NCBI RefSeq assembly: GCF_001447785.1
Contig: NW_015168732.1
Coordinates: 110,178 to 174,177 of the forward strand
Source of the DNA: Gekko japonicus
Lineage: Eukaryota
DNA length: 64,000 nucleotides
Reading direction: 5' to 3'
Shown here: piece after piece, positions 11,397 through 22,770 of the stretch
Numbering within the stretch: the first letter of the stretch is position 1
Layout: each line of letters begins with the position of its first letter
Position numbers and translations under genes: made by a program
The notes under the pieces: model-generated
The model's input: only the letters and a program-made list of their open reading frames with translations
What the model was told of the DNA's origin: nothing
Database searches by the model: none

Positions 11397-12881
11397 TTTT
11401 TTTTAAATATAGGACAAACACAAACAATCCAACAAACATTAAAAAACATACAGATTGGGGGTTACATATACCTTCTAATTATATCTGTTACAATACCTCC
11501 TACATTGTATAACTGTATATATACCGTATTTTTTGGACCATAAGACTCACTTTTTCTTCCAAAAAAAGTGGGAGGAAAAGTGAGTGCGTCTTATGAACCG
11601 AAGGTTTAGAATATTTTTTTCCCTGTTTTCCTCCTTTAAAAACTAGGTGCGTCTTAAGGTCAGGTGCGTCTTATGGTGCGAAAAATACGGTACTTATATC
11701 TAGATGTTCTGCATCATAATAAAAGCTGAATTCTAAAATATCTCCAAATGAGATTATAAGTCTATATTTTCATTTACTGTAATCTTCGAATCATTTATAA
11801 AATCTTGACCATGTACTCTGGAATCTCTCTTCTTTTTGTCCTCTCAAAAATAAAGTCAGCTTATCCATCTCAGCAGTTTCTAGAGTTTTGCTTACCATTT
11901 CTTCTTTTGAAGGCGCTTCATCTTTCCTCCAGTATTTAGCATACAATATTCTTGCAGTGGTCAATACATGTATAATGAGATAAAAGTCTTGTTTTTTTAC
12001 AATTTTCTGGTCTTATATTCAATAAAAGTAAATCGGGTGTAAAAGGTATGGTACATTCTAGCATTTTTTGTAACATTTCATGAATCCAAGACCAATGTTT
12101 TTAACTCTTATCCATCTGGAAATAGCCATTTATATCCAATTGAATTTGTTTGGTAATATTCGCCGTTACCACGGACATCTGCTCTTTCAAGGCATTTAGC
12201 TGTTCCAGTAGAGGGCGCATGACCTCAGCCATCGCCTTCGTCGTCTCACTGGTCGTTTCCAGCTTCAGGGACTCTAGTTTCGTTTTTAAAAGTTTCTCTT
12301 TGTCTCTGTCCCTCTTCCCCGCCATCTTTTTCCTGTTTGTTTACTTTTGCGAAAAAATTTTAAAGTCTCTGAATATGCGCTTGACTGTATAGCTCAATTC
12401 GGTGAGTACTTCTGGGCAATCGCATGTTTGTTCTTCCACTCCCCCCCTTTCGCTCAGCGATTTGTGCGCATGGGAGGCGTCCCTCCCCGCTCGCTTCTGC
12501 CGTTCCGCCACGTAGGGTAGGGAGCGTCTTTTCTTTTAAAAATCGTTACTCAGTTGACTCACGTTCATAATTAGTCTTCCGACCCCGCTTCCTTCATAAT
12601 TTCTCACGCCCGATCTCCTGCGCTTGACCCAGTTAGCTTCACTTGTACCATTCGGTCTCTCGGCTGGACGAACCACTGGAGCAAGGGGGAACCTCGATTC
12701 TCTGGCATTCAGCAATCGAAGAGGCTACCCCCTCAAAGCTCCTTGGCCAGGGTCCCTTCGCCGGGCCCCGGGGGGGGGTTACGAGCCTGCTCACCCCCTC
12801 CCTCCACCGGAGCACGGAGACACCCCTGGGAGGTCTGGGAGGTGAGTCCGTGAGCGTGCCGCCATCAAACGGAACCACCCT
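11397..12881 (-). mobile_element. Internally deleted L1: 5'UTR + ORF1 N-terminus + short ORF1 C-terminal piece + ORF2 C-terminus + 3'UTR
   Basis: 5' end gggtggttccgtttgatggcggc; ORF1 MAGKRDRDKEKL; IGYKWLFPDG at 12140-12111; ORF2 end HWSWIHEMLQK..LTTARILYAKYWRK..AEMDKLT; A-rich end near 11400. Confidence 0.8.
11524..11690. mobile_element. Tc1/mariner (Tc2/pogo-like) MITE nested in the L1 3'UTR
   Basis: TIRs ccgtattttttggaccataagactcac / gtgcgtcttatggtgcgaaaaatacgg with TA on both sides. Confidence 0.9.
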
Positions 12882-13240
12882 AGCTCAGTTTAGAGGGAAC
12901 TCTGCCCACCACCCTTGGACTTTGAACAAATGCCGGGGGCCAGTGGAACATGTTTCCACCCCCTCCGAGCCACTTGGGGATTGCACCAAAGGTGGGAGAG
13001 GATCTATTTTCACCAAAGATTTACAAAGCATCCTGTGGCTTTGAAAACTCATTTGCAGCAAAGGTTTCCCATGTTTTCTCTACCCCACATATGTAAGAAA
13101 TGTTTCCTCACTGAACTAATGCAAGCTACTTTGTTTGAAAGTTTACAAATTTCCAGTGTCTGAGAGGGGAGACTGGCTGTTGGTCCATTCAAGAGCTTCG
13201 GCAAGCCAAGCTAACAGATCTCCTTTTGTACCCCACACTT

Positions 13241-14890
13241 AACCCAGACAGCCCATCATGGGGGAGGACTGTTCCAGTTTTTCAAGCCTCTCGCCAGGAG
13301 GACCACCCGTTCCCTCCTGCCCCACTTCCTGACACCGCCTTTTAGCCCTCCTTAGGAGGCCACTCGGAGAGGGTCCCTCGTCACCTTTGTTCTCCCCCCC
13401 CCAAAAAAAATCCTCCAAGCGCTCCAGAGCGCACTAATTTCTGCAGCAGACAAATCGCTCACTCACAACTTTATTAAGGCCAGTAACTCGCACAGTAGAA
13501 ATTTTTGCTCACAGCCTCACAGGACTCTGCAGCTTAGAGGGACTTTCAAGTCTCCTGCCAGCAGGACCACCTGTTCCCTCCTGCCCCACTTCCTGACGCC
13601 GCCTTTTAGCCCTCCTTAGGAACCCAGACAGCCCATCATGGGGGAGGACTGTTCCAGTTTTTCAAGCCTCTCGCCAGGAGGACCACCCGTTCCCTCCTGC
13701 CCCACTTCCTGACACCGCCTTTTAGCCCTCCTTAGGAGGCCACTCGGAGAGGGTCCCTCGTCACCTTTGTTCTCCCCCCCCCAAAAAAAATCCTCCAAGC
13801 GCTCCAGAGCGCACTAATTTCTGCAGCAGACAAATCGCTCACTCACAACTTTATTAAGGCCAGTAACTCGCACAGTAGAAATTTTTTTCAAAAGCCTANN
13901 NNNNNNNNNNNNNNNNNNNNNNNNNNNNNNNNNNNNNNNNNNNNNNNNNNNNNNNNNNNNNNNNNNNNNNNNNNNNNNNNNNNNNNNNNNNNNNNNNNNN
14001 NNNNNNNNNNNNNNNNNNNNNNNNNNNNNNNNNNNNNNNNNNNNNNNNNNNNNNNNNNNNNNNNNNNNNNCGCCCCAGAGCACACTAATTTCTGCAGCAG
14101 CCAAATCAATCGCTCACAACTTTATTAAGGCCAGTACCTCGCAAAGTAGAATTTTTGCTCACAGGACTCAGCAGCTTAGAGGGACTTTCGAGCCTCCCAC
14201 CAGCGGGACCACTCATTCCCTCCTGCCCCACTTTCTGATGTCGCCTTTTAGCCCTCCTTAGGAGGCCACTCGGAGAGGGTCCCTCGTTGCTTCTGCTCTC
14301 CTCCCCCCCAAAAAAAAATCCTCCAAGCGCTCCAGAGGACACTAATTTCTGCAGCAGCCAAATTGCTCGCTCACAACTTTATTAAGGCCAGTAACTTGCA
14401 AAGTAGAAATTTTGTTCAAAGCCTCACAGAACTCTGCATCTTAGAGACAGTATAAGCAACCGGCTCCCCTGCTGCCCCCAGACTCTGTTTGTGATCCCAG
14501 GAGGGATCTGGCCCCTCCCTCCCTCATTTCCTCCTGCAGAGGAGCTGGCCTGATCTTGTTTCCCTGAGGTGAACAGGAGCAGCGCCCCAGCCCCCCACCC
14601 AAAAAAAAAAATCCTCCAAGCACTCCAGAGGACACTAATTTCTGCAGCAGCCAAATTGCTCGCTCACAACTTTATTAAGGCCAGTAACCTGCAAAGTAGA
14701 AATTTTGTTCAAAGCCTCACAGAACTCTGCATCTTAGAGACAGTATAAGCAACCGGCTCCCCTGCTGCCCCCAGACTCTGTTTGTGATCCCAGGAGGGAT
14801 CTGGCCCCTCCCTCCCTCATTTCCTCCTGCAGAGGAGCTGGCCTGATCTTGTTTCCCTGAGGTGAACAGGAGCAGCGCCCCAGCCCCCCA
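13241..14890. repeat. Tandem array of ~240-380 bp units spanning an assembly gap
   Basis: Core cactaatttctgcagcag..cacaactttattaaggccagta..gtagaa recurs at ~13432, 13812, 14083, 14340 and 14633. Confidence 0.9.
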
Positions 14891-16682
14891 TGCACCCCTC
14901 CTGATGCTGGGGCTACAGCGATGGTTGAAGGGGGACATGTGGGCCCACGAAGGCAAGGTGTGGGGAGGAAGCGAGCAGGCGGGAGAAGTCAGGAGGGAAA
15001 CCCCAGGCACAGGCTGGCGGAAGGGTGGCCTGCAAGCAGGCGGGCAAGGGGCTTGGTGCACATGCCTACCTTGCCGCCTACCTCTCCTCCTCCTCTCAGC
15101 GCAGCACCAGCAGGTCAGAGGAGCCAAGCCCCATCCCGCCCCGCCAGAGCAGGCCAAGCCCAGGAGCACCAAGACGGCCCCTTAGTTGCACCAGAGCAGG
15201 GCTTTTGACGGGGGTGGGGCGGCAGGCCAGCATGGCGTCCCTCCATGGGCAAATGCCTAAATTCTTCTATCGGTGGTCTGTCCCTGCACAGGTGACCAGG
15301 GAGGCGGGCTCGGCGGGCCTGTTCACTGCTGGAGCATTGCTCCGGCGCACTCCAGCCCGAAATGAGGCCTGCATATGGTAAAGAACCTTCTGGTTTGGCC
15401 AGGTTCTTGCATATATGCAATTGATACATTAGTTTGTCAATAATTAGATGATGCTAAAATCTTCTCTGTCTGGTTTTGCTATTAGGGAAAGCTTGTCCTT
15501 TCCACAAATTCTGTTCTGGTTTCTGTAGGGAAATCAGAAATCTAGTCCTTTTGTAATGCATTTTGCCAGCCTTCAGGGAAAATATTACAATGATGGAATC
15601 TGAAGGCAAGAATTTTCCCACAATTGCATTCATTGCATCAAATATTTCCTTGTCCACCTCCTAATTAACACAGATATCTGGGCATGACCACATAGGAACA
15701 ATATTTCTCTCTCACAGCCAACAGAGAATATATTACATGAATCTGAAAAAAGTGGGCTGCTAGAATAAAAATGTGCTGGTCTTCAAGGTGCCACAGGATT
15801 CCTGCTTGTTTTCACATGTGAATAAGTGTCCCATTTGATTGTGAATTTACTTATAGAACAGTTGGCATTCATTTCTGAACAGCTACAACAATAAAAGCTA
15901 CAACAGTTACCTAGATCCCAGAGGGTTCCAGAGCAGAAACTGCCATTGGTCATGCAGTGCTCACGTGATGGTACTCAACCTGCCACCTTCAAGTGGTGGC
16001 TGAGCAAGGGGGCATCTGGGCTTATGAAGGAAGAGCCCACTGGCACACATCACTTGCACAGGGGCTTCTAGCAGCCTGTGCTGGGGTGGACAGCATCTAA
16101 ATAGGTGCAGTGCAGCAGTGGCTACACCATGGGCAGCAGACTTCCTCCTACACAGACCAAACCCTGAGGTGGTGGAGTAGATCTACCACTGAAGACTGCA
16201 TGTTAAGGGTACTGTTTCTGAATGCTACCAGTGTAAAAACTCATAGTAAAGAGAAAACTAGCACACCATGGTTTAGCCCAGCTAGTTTTCTATTTGCAGG
16301 ATTTTTTTTAATGTGAGGAAGAACTAAAAAATGGCACCCAACAGCTGCAATCTGATATAGTACTCTACGTCTTCAGTACTCTACCACCTTATTCTGCCGG
16401 GACTTCCTGTGTCACACCTCTGTAGTTGTAGGCTATCAATAAGTACTTTGCCACAGGAGTTGTTGCTGTTCTAAAGACTAGTCCTGACAAATACAGTGAG
16501 ATAGGAATACAGCAATAGTCAGAAACATCTCAACTGGTGACTTTTATTATTGTAGCTATAGAGGCAAATGGGCAAGGCTGTCCTGCATGGTCAATCGCAA
16601 TCCTTTTACTGCAGTATTGTATGCATATAGTTGCCCTGATGTAGCCACCTTTGCAGTGGATACAGGGCTCTGAAAATATTGT

Positions 16683-16920
16683 GAAGAAGGAGAATAATTG
16701 GATTTTATACCCTGTTTTTCTCTACCCTAAGGAGTCTCAAAACAACTTACAATTGCCTTCCTTTCCACTCCCCACAACACAACTACTCGTGAGGTAGGTG
16801 GGGCTGAGAGGGTTCTGAGAGAACTGTGACTGGCCCAGGGTCACCCAGCAGGCTTCATGTGGAGGAGAAGGGAGTCAAACCTGGTTCTCTAGATTAGAGT
16901 TCACCACTCTTAACCATTAC
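16683..16920 (-). mobile_element. Squam3-like SINE; its extreme 5' end appears displaced to ~17070-17086 by a small insertion containing a Bov-B tail (16988-17030)
   Basis: Reverse-complement homology to 8781-9060; ttgttgttcagtcgcacagtcgagtc matches the Bov-B end at 26560-26590. Confidence 0.75.
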
Positions 16921-17727
16921 AGCATGTGACAAACTTTTGTTTTACCGTAATTTTTAATTCTTAAATTTTGTTTTATAGTTTATGGCCTTTGTTGTTCAGT
17001 CGCACAGTCGAGTCCGACTCTTTGCGACCTATGGGCTGTTAAACTTGAATATACTTAACTTGATTTGACTGCACCACGCTGGCTCCAGGTGTGCTCCCAT
17101 TCCTTGCTTCCCCATTTTTGTGTTACTTAAAAGATTTTTATACCAGTCTAAACTTATTATTAGGTGGCTTCATTTTGTTGGCACAGTGCCCAAATCTGTG
17201 ACATCCTACATGGGCTAATAGGAGGAGGCCATATGATTAGAAAGGGAGAACAGAGTTTGTGTCCCCACAAAAGAGAAGACAGACTGAATCCAATCATCAG
17301 CCTACTATGGGCACATATGATTTTATTTATTTATTTTAAATCCCCCAGAGTGCAACTGAGCACTTGAATGTATCAGAATAGCCAGAGCAGTGGAGTGGCT
17401 ACCTCAGCACTGTGGCTTCTAATCAAGAAAGTTCAGGCAAAATGTGCTAGATGAAATATTAAATGGACCATCTTCCTTGAGTTTTGCAGATCCCGGTGTG
17501 AGGCCTGACACCTAACAGCAGGTCTCTTAATGATGGCCAGAAAACATTTGCTTCTTATTTATTTTTCTTCCTGTCATTTGAGCTCATACTTTGCTGCTTG
17601 TATTTAGCTTGCCCTAGAAATGGCTTGAGAAAACTCAAAGTAGGTTTGCTTCTCTGCACTGCTGTTTTTACAAAATAAGTTGCAAAAGTTTTTTTGTTTT
17701 TAAGGCATCACTCTGAGTTTCAAAAGC

Positions 17728-17855
17728 AGAATCATAGAATCACAGAGTTGGAAATGGCCATACAAGCCATCTAGTCGAACCCCCTACTCAATGCAGGATC
17801 AGCCTAGAGCATCCCTGACCTGTGTTTGTCCAGCTGCTACTTAAAGACTGCTAGT
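17728..17855 (-). mobile_element. CR1 3' end fragment
   Basis: agaatcatagaatcacagagttggaa.. is the reverse of a (ttctatga)n CR1 tail. Confidence 0.75.
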
Positions 17856-18436
17856 CAGGCCCATAGCTAGAGTGGGGCATTTTGGGGCTCCCCCCCATTT
17901 AACTACTAAGGCCCCCCAACTTTCATCGAGCCCCCAGGCCCCCTGACTCTCTGGGCTGCTTGGAGGACTTCTGACTCTCTGGGGCACCCGGAGGACTTCC
18001 CACCACTGCCCCTTCCCCAAGCATGGCTTGCGCCGCCACTGCTGCATACTAGCCCCTTCCCTGTTTAAAGTATATATTAATGATATAGTAAGTTACTTGG
18101 ACTCCCCCAGTTTACATCCACCAAAACTTCAACAACAGCATGTGTCTATCTTACTGTATGCCGACAATGCTGTCGTCTTAGCTAGAACCAGTTGGCCTTA
18201 GAAGAGCTCTCAGTAAGTTTGCAGACTTTTGTAACAATAAGGAACTAACAATAAATTTTCAAAAAACCAAGGTTATGGCCTTCGGGGCCAGACAAAAGAA
18301 AAGAATCTGGTCTGTAAATGGGCACTCATTAGAGCAGGTTTCCTGCTTTAAATACTTAAGTATGGTCCAATAAAATGGGGCTAGGAAAGCCCATATACAG
18401 TATGTCGCCTCCCAAGGTGAAAGAACAGCCAATGCT

Positions 18437-20969
18437 TTTCTTTTCTTTCTTTTTTAGCCCCCCATAGGGGATTTTTTATTGCATTTTCTATAAACTACAA
18501 TGAAAAATAGGGAGGGAATCTACAATCTATGGGAGAAAGTAAAGAAAACCACTAAAAACCCAAGAGGTGGTGGTCATGCATAATGCTTATACAGTTAGCT
18601 TTTAACTTAAAATTCACTTTAAGTTCATTGAATGTGGTCAACCTACTTAATATCATGCTTAATAAGGAAAACACCAACACATCTGACTTCTTAAAAAGCA
18701 ATATAGGAAATGATTAACCAATATTATAACGGATTCCGAGAACTGTGATAGCTCATTTTTTAATCCTTCTACTTTCTCAAGTGATAATTTGTTTTTGGGG
18801 CTACCGCCCCAAGTTTAGAATCTGAGTCCTATCAGAAGATGCCACTCCTTCTTCTTCACTTCCCTTGGTGCTGTTGCCTTCATCCTCCTCTTCTTCTCCT
18901 GCTGGACGATTATGATGCTGTAGAAACTCACATGCCTTTTCAACAGAGTCAATTCTTTCTTTTTTGTCTTTAAATTTGAAGATTATACCGTCGGGCACGA
19001 TCCATCTGTAGGAGATGTTGTTTTTCTGTAGAAATAAAGTCAAGTCTCTAAATTTCTTTCTTTTCTTTCTTATTTCAAACAGGATGTCCTTCAAAATTTT
19101 TATTTCTTTATCCTTGATTTTCAAGTTCACTCCACTTCACCATCACTTCCCCGGGCAGATTATTCTTTCTTGTATATTCAGAATACGACCTAAAGATCAT
19201 ATCTACTTCACTTTGTAGAGTATCCACTTTGAGTATGACCTAAAGATCATATCTTCTTCACTTTGTAGAGTATCCACTTTGAGATCTGCCACAGGGCCTA
19301 AGAAGTCACACATAGTTTGTTTTAAATTCTCTCCCGTCTCTTCGGGGATCCCTTGAAATCTAAAGATATAGCTTCCCCTTTCCATTTGCAGTGGTAACAA
19401 ATGAGACTCATCCACTGATCTTTTCTTCTCCATCACCTGCATTTGTTTTTTAAGTTTCTTGGTGTTGGCATTCACCTCTTTAAGCTCTTTCTGCGTTTGC
19501 TCTGTTTTTTTAACCATCTCACTCAGCTGGACTTGTTGAGTGTCAAATTTTTGGTGTAATGACGTAACTTGTTCCAGCAGAGAGTGCGTCTCATTCAGCA
19601 TCTTTTGGAGATCTGTATCTGTGTCCTGTCTAGGGACAGAACTCACTGGGCTGGCATTTCCTGCAAGAGGCTTCAGCTTCGGTAGCTTATCTTTTTCCTC
19701 CCTCCTTGGAGGCACCATTTTAGAGAATGTTTACTTTTTGTAAAAGTTACCAAAGCCCTCAAAGTCCTTAAACAAGCTTGGTAAGTTCTTATAAGCTTTT
19801 TATTTTCGTCTCCTTTACTTAAAAAGGGAGCGGTGGTGCAGGCTGTAAATGTAAATGCAGCCTATTTAACATCTGGCCGAACATCTGTTCGAGCCCCACC
19901 GTGGCCGGAGTGAGCTCCCGGCCTACGTCCCAGCTCCCGCCCACCCAGCGGTTCAAAAGCCCGTTAAAGGGTGAGTAGATAAATGGGGACCTACCCTTAG
20001 TAGGGTAGGGGGCACCCCCTCGTCCTGAGGATTGTGGTGTGCGGCGGTGGCGAAGGAACAGTGATGATGGTGGCAACGATGACAGCGGAATCCTGGCAGC
20101 AGAGACGAGATGGCGTGGCGCAACGACGAAGCCAGTAGAGTGACCCCTGGTGGCCTGCAGAGATACAGCAGACAGTGGCCGTCACTAGCAGCAGAAGGCG
20201 TGGAAGACGTCATTTCCCGGCACGGCGGAGCCTACTGGACAGAGCCGAGGCCGGGAGAGACGAATCAACACGCCGAGAAAGCTGCCTCGCCGGAGAAGCG
20301 CCACGAGAGAGATGTCCTGCTGACCGAAGGAAGACAGCTGAGAGCCGAGGAAGCCGGAGGCCGGAGGCCAGAAGGGAGAGCCGCCACCACCGGGGTGCTA
20401 GGTAGGCTGACCCAACCCCTGAGAATATGCCCATAGTTAGGGAATTACAAAGTGACTAGCACTACAAACTGTAAACCGCCCAGAGACCCCCATGGGGGGT
20501 TAGGGCGGTATATAAATCGAATGATAAATAAAATAAAAATTAAATAGCCTGCTCCCCCCTTCTCTGCTACAAAAGTCCGCTTATTTTATTGTCGTGGGGG
20601 AGTTCCCCCCCGCTTCTGAAGGGGAGAGCTTTCGGCTAGTTTTCCAATGTTTTCACTTTAACTTGACTCACATTTCAGTGAATACATCGCTTTTATTCTT
20701 TCGCTCCTTGCTTGGCCACCAAACGTTTGCCCCGGTGTGCGTTCCTAGTTTCATTCGAGGAAGCTCTGCGATGGGACCTTCGGGGCTTGGAACGGGGCCC
20801 CCCTTTGCTGGCAGGGTTGCCGGAGAAAGGGTTCTCCTAGCACCCCATGGTTGGGAGCCCAATGCGAGGGCTTCCGGGGTGGTGAGGACAATCGCACCCC
20901 CTCCCAGCCGCAGGCTCAGGCACACATCTCCTGGAGTTTTGGGAGAATGCAGCTGCCAAAACCAAAACT
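18437..20969 (-). mobile_element. ORF1-only L1 derivative (HAL1-like) with polyA tail and TSD
   Basis: TSD cagccaatgct at 18426-18436 and 20970-20980; ORF1 19718->18801 (coiled coil, FRFQGIPEE, YRWIVPDG); ~360 bp 3'UTR with AATAAA and A-rich tail; no ORF2. Confidence 0.85.
19826..20545 (+). mobile_element. Chimeric SINE-like element: Sauria-like tRNA head, GC-rich body, L2-type tail
   Basis: B box gttcgagcc; gagtgagctcccg..gtcccagctcc..gtgagtagataaat resembles the Sauria SINE 5' half; tail tgtaaaccgccc..gggcggtatataaat..(taaa)n. Confidence 0.7.
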
Positions 20970-22770
20970 CAGCCAATGCTATTCTTAAGTTCTATTGCAC
21001 CAAAGGGGCTTAATATGTGCCAGCTGCCCAAAAACTCTTTCAAGCAAAGGCAGTTGGACAGATGCTCTATGGCACTTTTATTGAACCTCTAGTTTCTCAG
21101 AGCAGTTCTTCAGATCCCAAGGTGTGTATCGAATACACTGATCCGTCTAGAGACAGGTGCGATATCAGTGGAAGCCAAAATTACTTTAGCTTCACTCCAG
21201 TATTGGCTTAAACTAAATTTTCATCCTCAGGGACTAACCCACTTGTTCCTCTCAGACAACTTTCAATCCAAATGGCTGAGAGCAGTTCATAATAAATTAT
21301 ATGAGCTTGGTTTNNNNNNNNNNNNNNNNNNNNNNNNNNNNNNNNNNNNNNNNNNNNNNNNNNNNNNNNNNNNNNNNNNNNNNNNNNNNNNNNNNNNNNN
21401 NNNNNNNNNNNNNNNNNNNNNNNNNNNNNNNNNNNNNNNNNNNNNNNNNNNNNNNNNNNNNNNNNNNNNNNNNNNNNNNNNNNNNNNNNNNNNNNNNNNN
21501 NNNNNNNNNNNNNNNNNNNNNNNNNNNNNNNNNNNNNNNNNNNNNNNNNNNNNNNNNNNNNNNNNNNNNNNNNNNNNNNNNNNNNNNNNNNNNNNNNNNN
21601 NNNNNNNNNNNNNNNNNNNNNNNNNNNNNNNNNNNNNNNNNNNNNNNNNNNNNNNNNNNNNNNNNNNNNNNNNNNNNNNNNNNNNNNNNNNNNNNNNNNN
21701 NNNNNNNNNNNNNNNNNNNNNNNNNNNNATAGTCGCCTAATAGTCTCTGTTTTATGTTCTTCTTTTACTTTATTACGCTCAACTGTATTTTTATAGAGTC
21801 TTATTTTACTGTCCTAAATTCAATTATATGAATGTTATATTTAAGCATGTGTGTTCTATGGCTTGTTGCTGTAATAAATGCCTGACTGACTTCTGACTTT
21901 CTGGGCCACCCGGAGGACTTCCCACCACTACCCCTTCCCCAAGCATGGCTTGTTTCCCCACTGTCGCCACTGCTGCCCCTTCCCCAAGTGTAGCAGCAGC
22001 CTCGCCAGCTCCGTCCCGAAATGGTGGCAGCATAGCATGAGGTAGCTGGGCTGGCCAGCAGGCAAGGTGGAGCCAGTGGGTCTCAACCGGTGCCTCCCTG
22101 CCATACCCAGTGCAGCGCAGGAACTTTCGGTGGCACACAGAGGTCAGCGGGACTGGAGCAGGTTTGCAGCATGATCTGGGCTGGGGCACCTCCGTGGAGC
22201 ATCAAGCGCTACCTGAGGAGGATGTGTGCGCCATGGGGAATTGATAAAGCCATGTAGTTGGGTTTCGGGTTGTAAGCGGGTGGCTTGGGCTGACTTGGTA
22301 TGCAGGCAGAGTGCGAACACCGCAAAAAGGAGGTGTTTAAAAAAAAATTTTATTATTATTTTGTGATGTCAGTGCCCCCCAACTTATTTAAAGGCCCCCC
22401 AAATTACAAAATCCTGGCTATGGGCCTGCTGCCAGTACTAAACAATAAAGCTTTGAGACCATATCCAAAGGTCTTGTACTTCAGTTTCATAAAATCATAA
22501 CTTACTTTTTCTTGTTTGCATGTTAAAAGTTTGTTGAATACTTCTGGCATAATTTATGGTAGCTTCCTTAAGCCTTGAATAATCTAACATAGTAATAAAT
22601 ATTAGCTTCTATAGATTGGTACTATTGAACGTACTCAGTAGAATGTAGTATGGGCACCTGTAGAAAGAAGGGGGGAGGTAGTTTCTCACCTGTAACAAAT
22701 ACTTCCCATAGGAAGTCTACCTTGGCTATGATTACGATGAAGTCAGTGGACATCAAGAATTCATGAAACA

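Larger units (their letters stand above)
18075..21890 (+). mobile_element. 5'-truncated RTE-X-like LINE (split by the half-L1 insertion; contains a gap)
   Basis: LLYADNAVVL..FADFC..LTINFQKTKVMAF..LEQVSCFKYL at 18150-18360; resumes at 20970 (KLFQAKAVGQMLYG, YWLKL); ends aataaatgc(ctga)n. Confidence 0.75.
17856..22428. mobile_element. hAT-type non-autonomous element hosting nested retroelements
   Basis: TIR caggcccatagctag / ctggctatgggcctg; 8-bp TSD ctgctagt (17848-17855) / ctgccagt (22429-22436). Confidence 0.8.

Noticed and set aside
13621-13886. Essentially exact duplication of 13241-13506
   Set aside because: Adjacent to a gap and identical while other units diverge; likely an assembly overlap artefact, so copy number is unreliable.
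13241-14890. Repeat-spacer look suggesting a CRISPR array
   Set aside because: Eukaryotic DNA, units of hundreds of bp, spacers not unique, no cas genes.
19188-19283. Break in the half-L1 ORF1 as a programmed frameshift or two genes
   Set aside because: Explained by a local ~47-bp tandem duplication/rearrangement after insertion.
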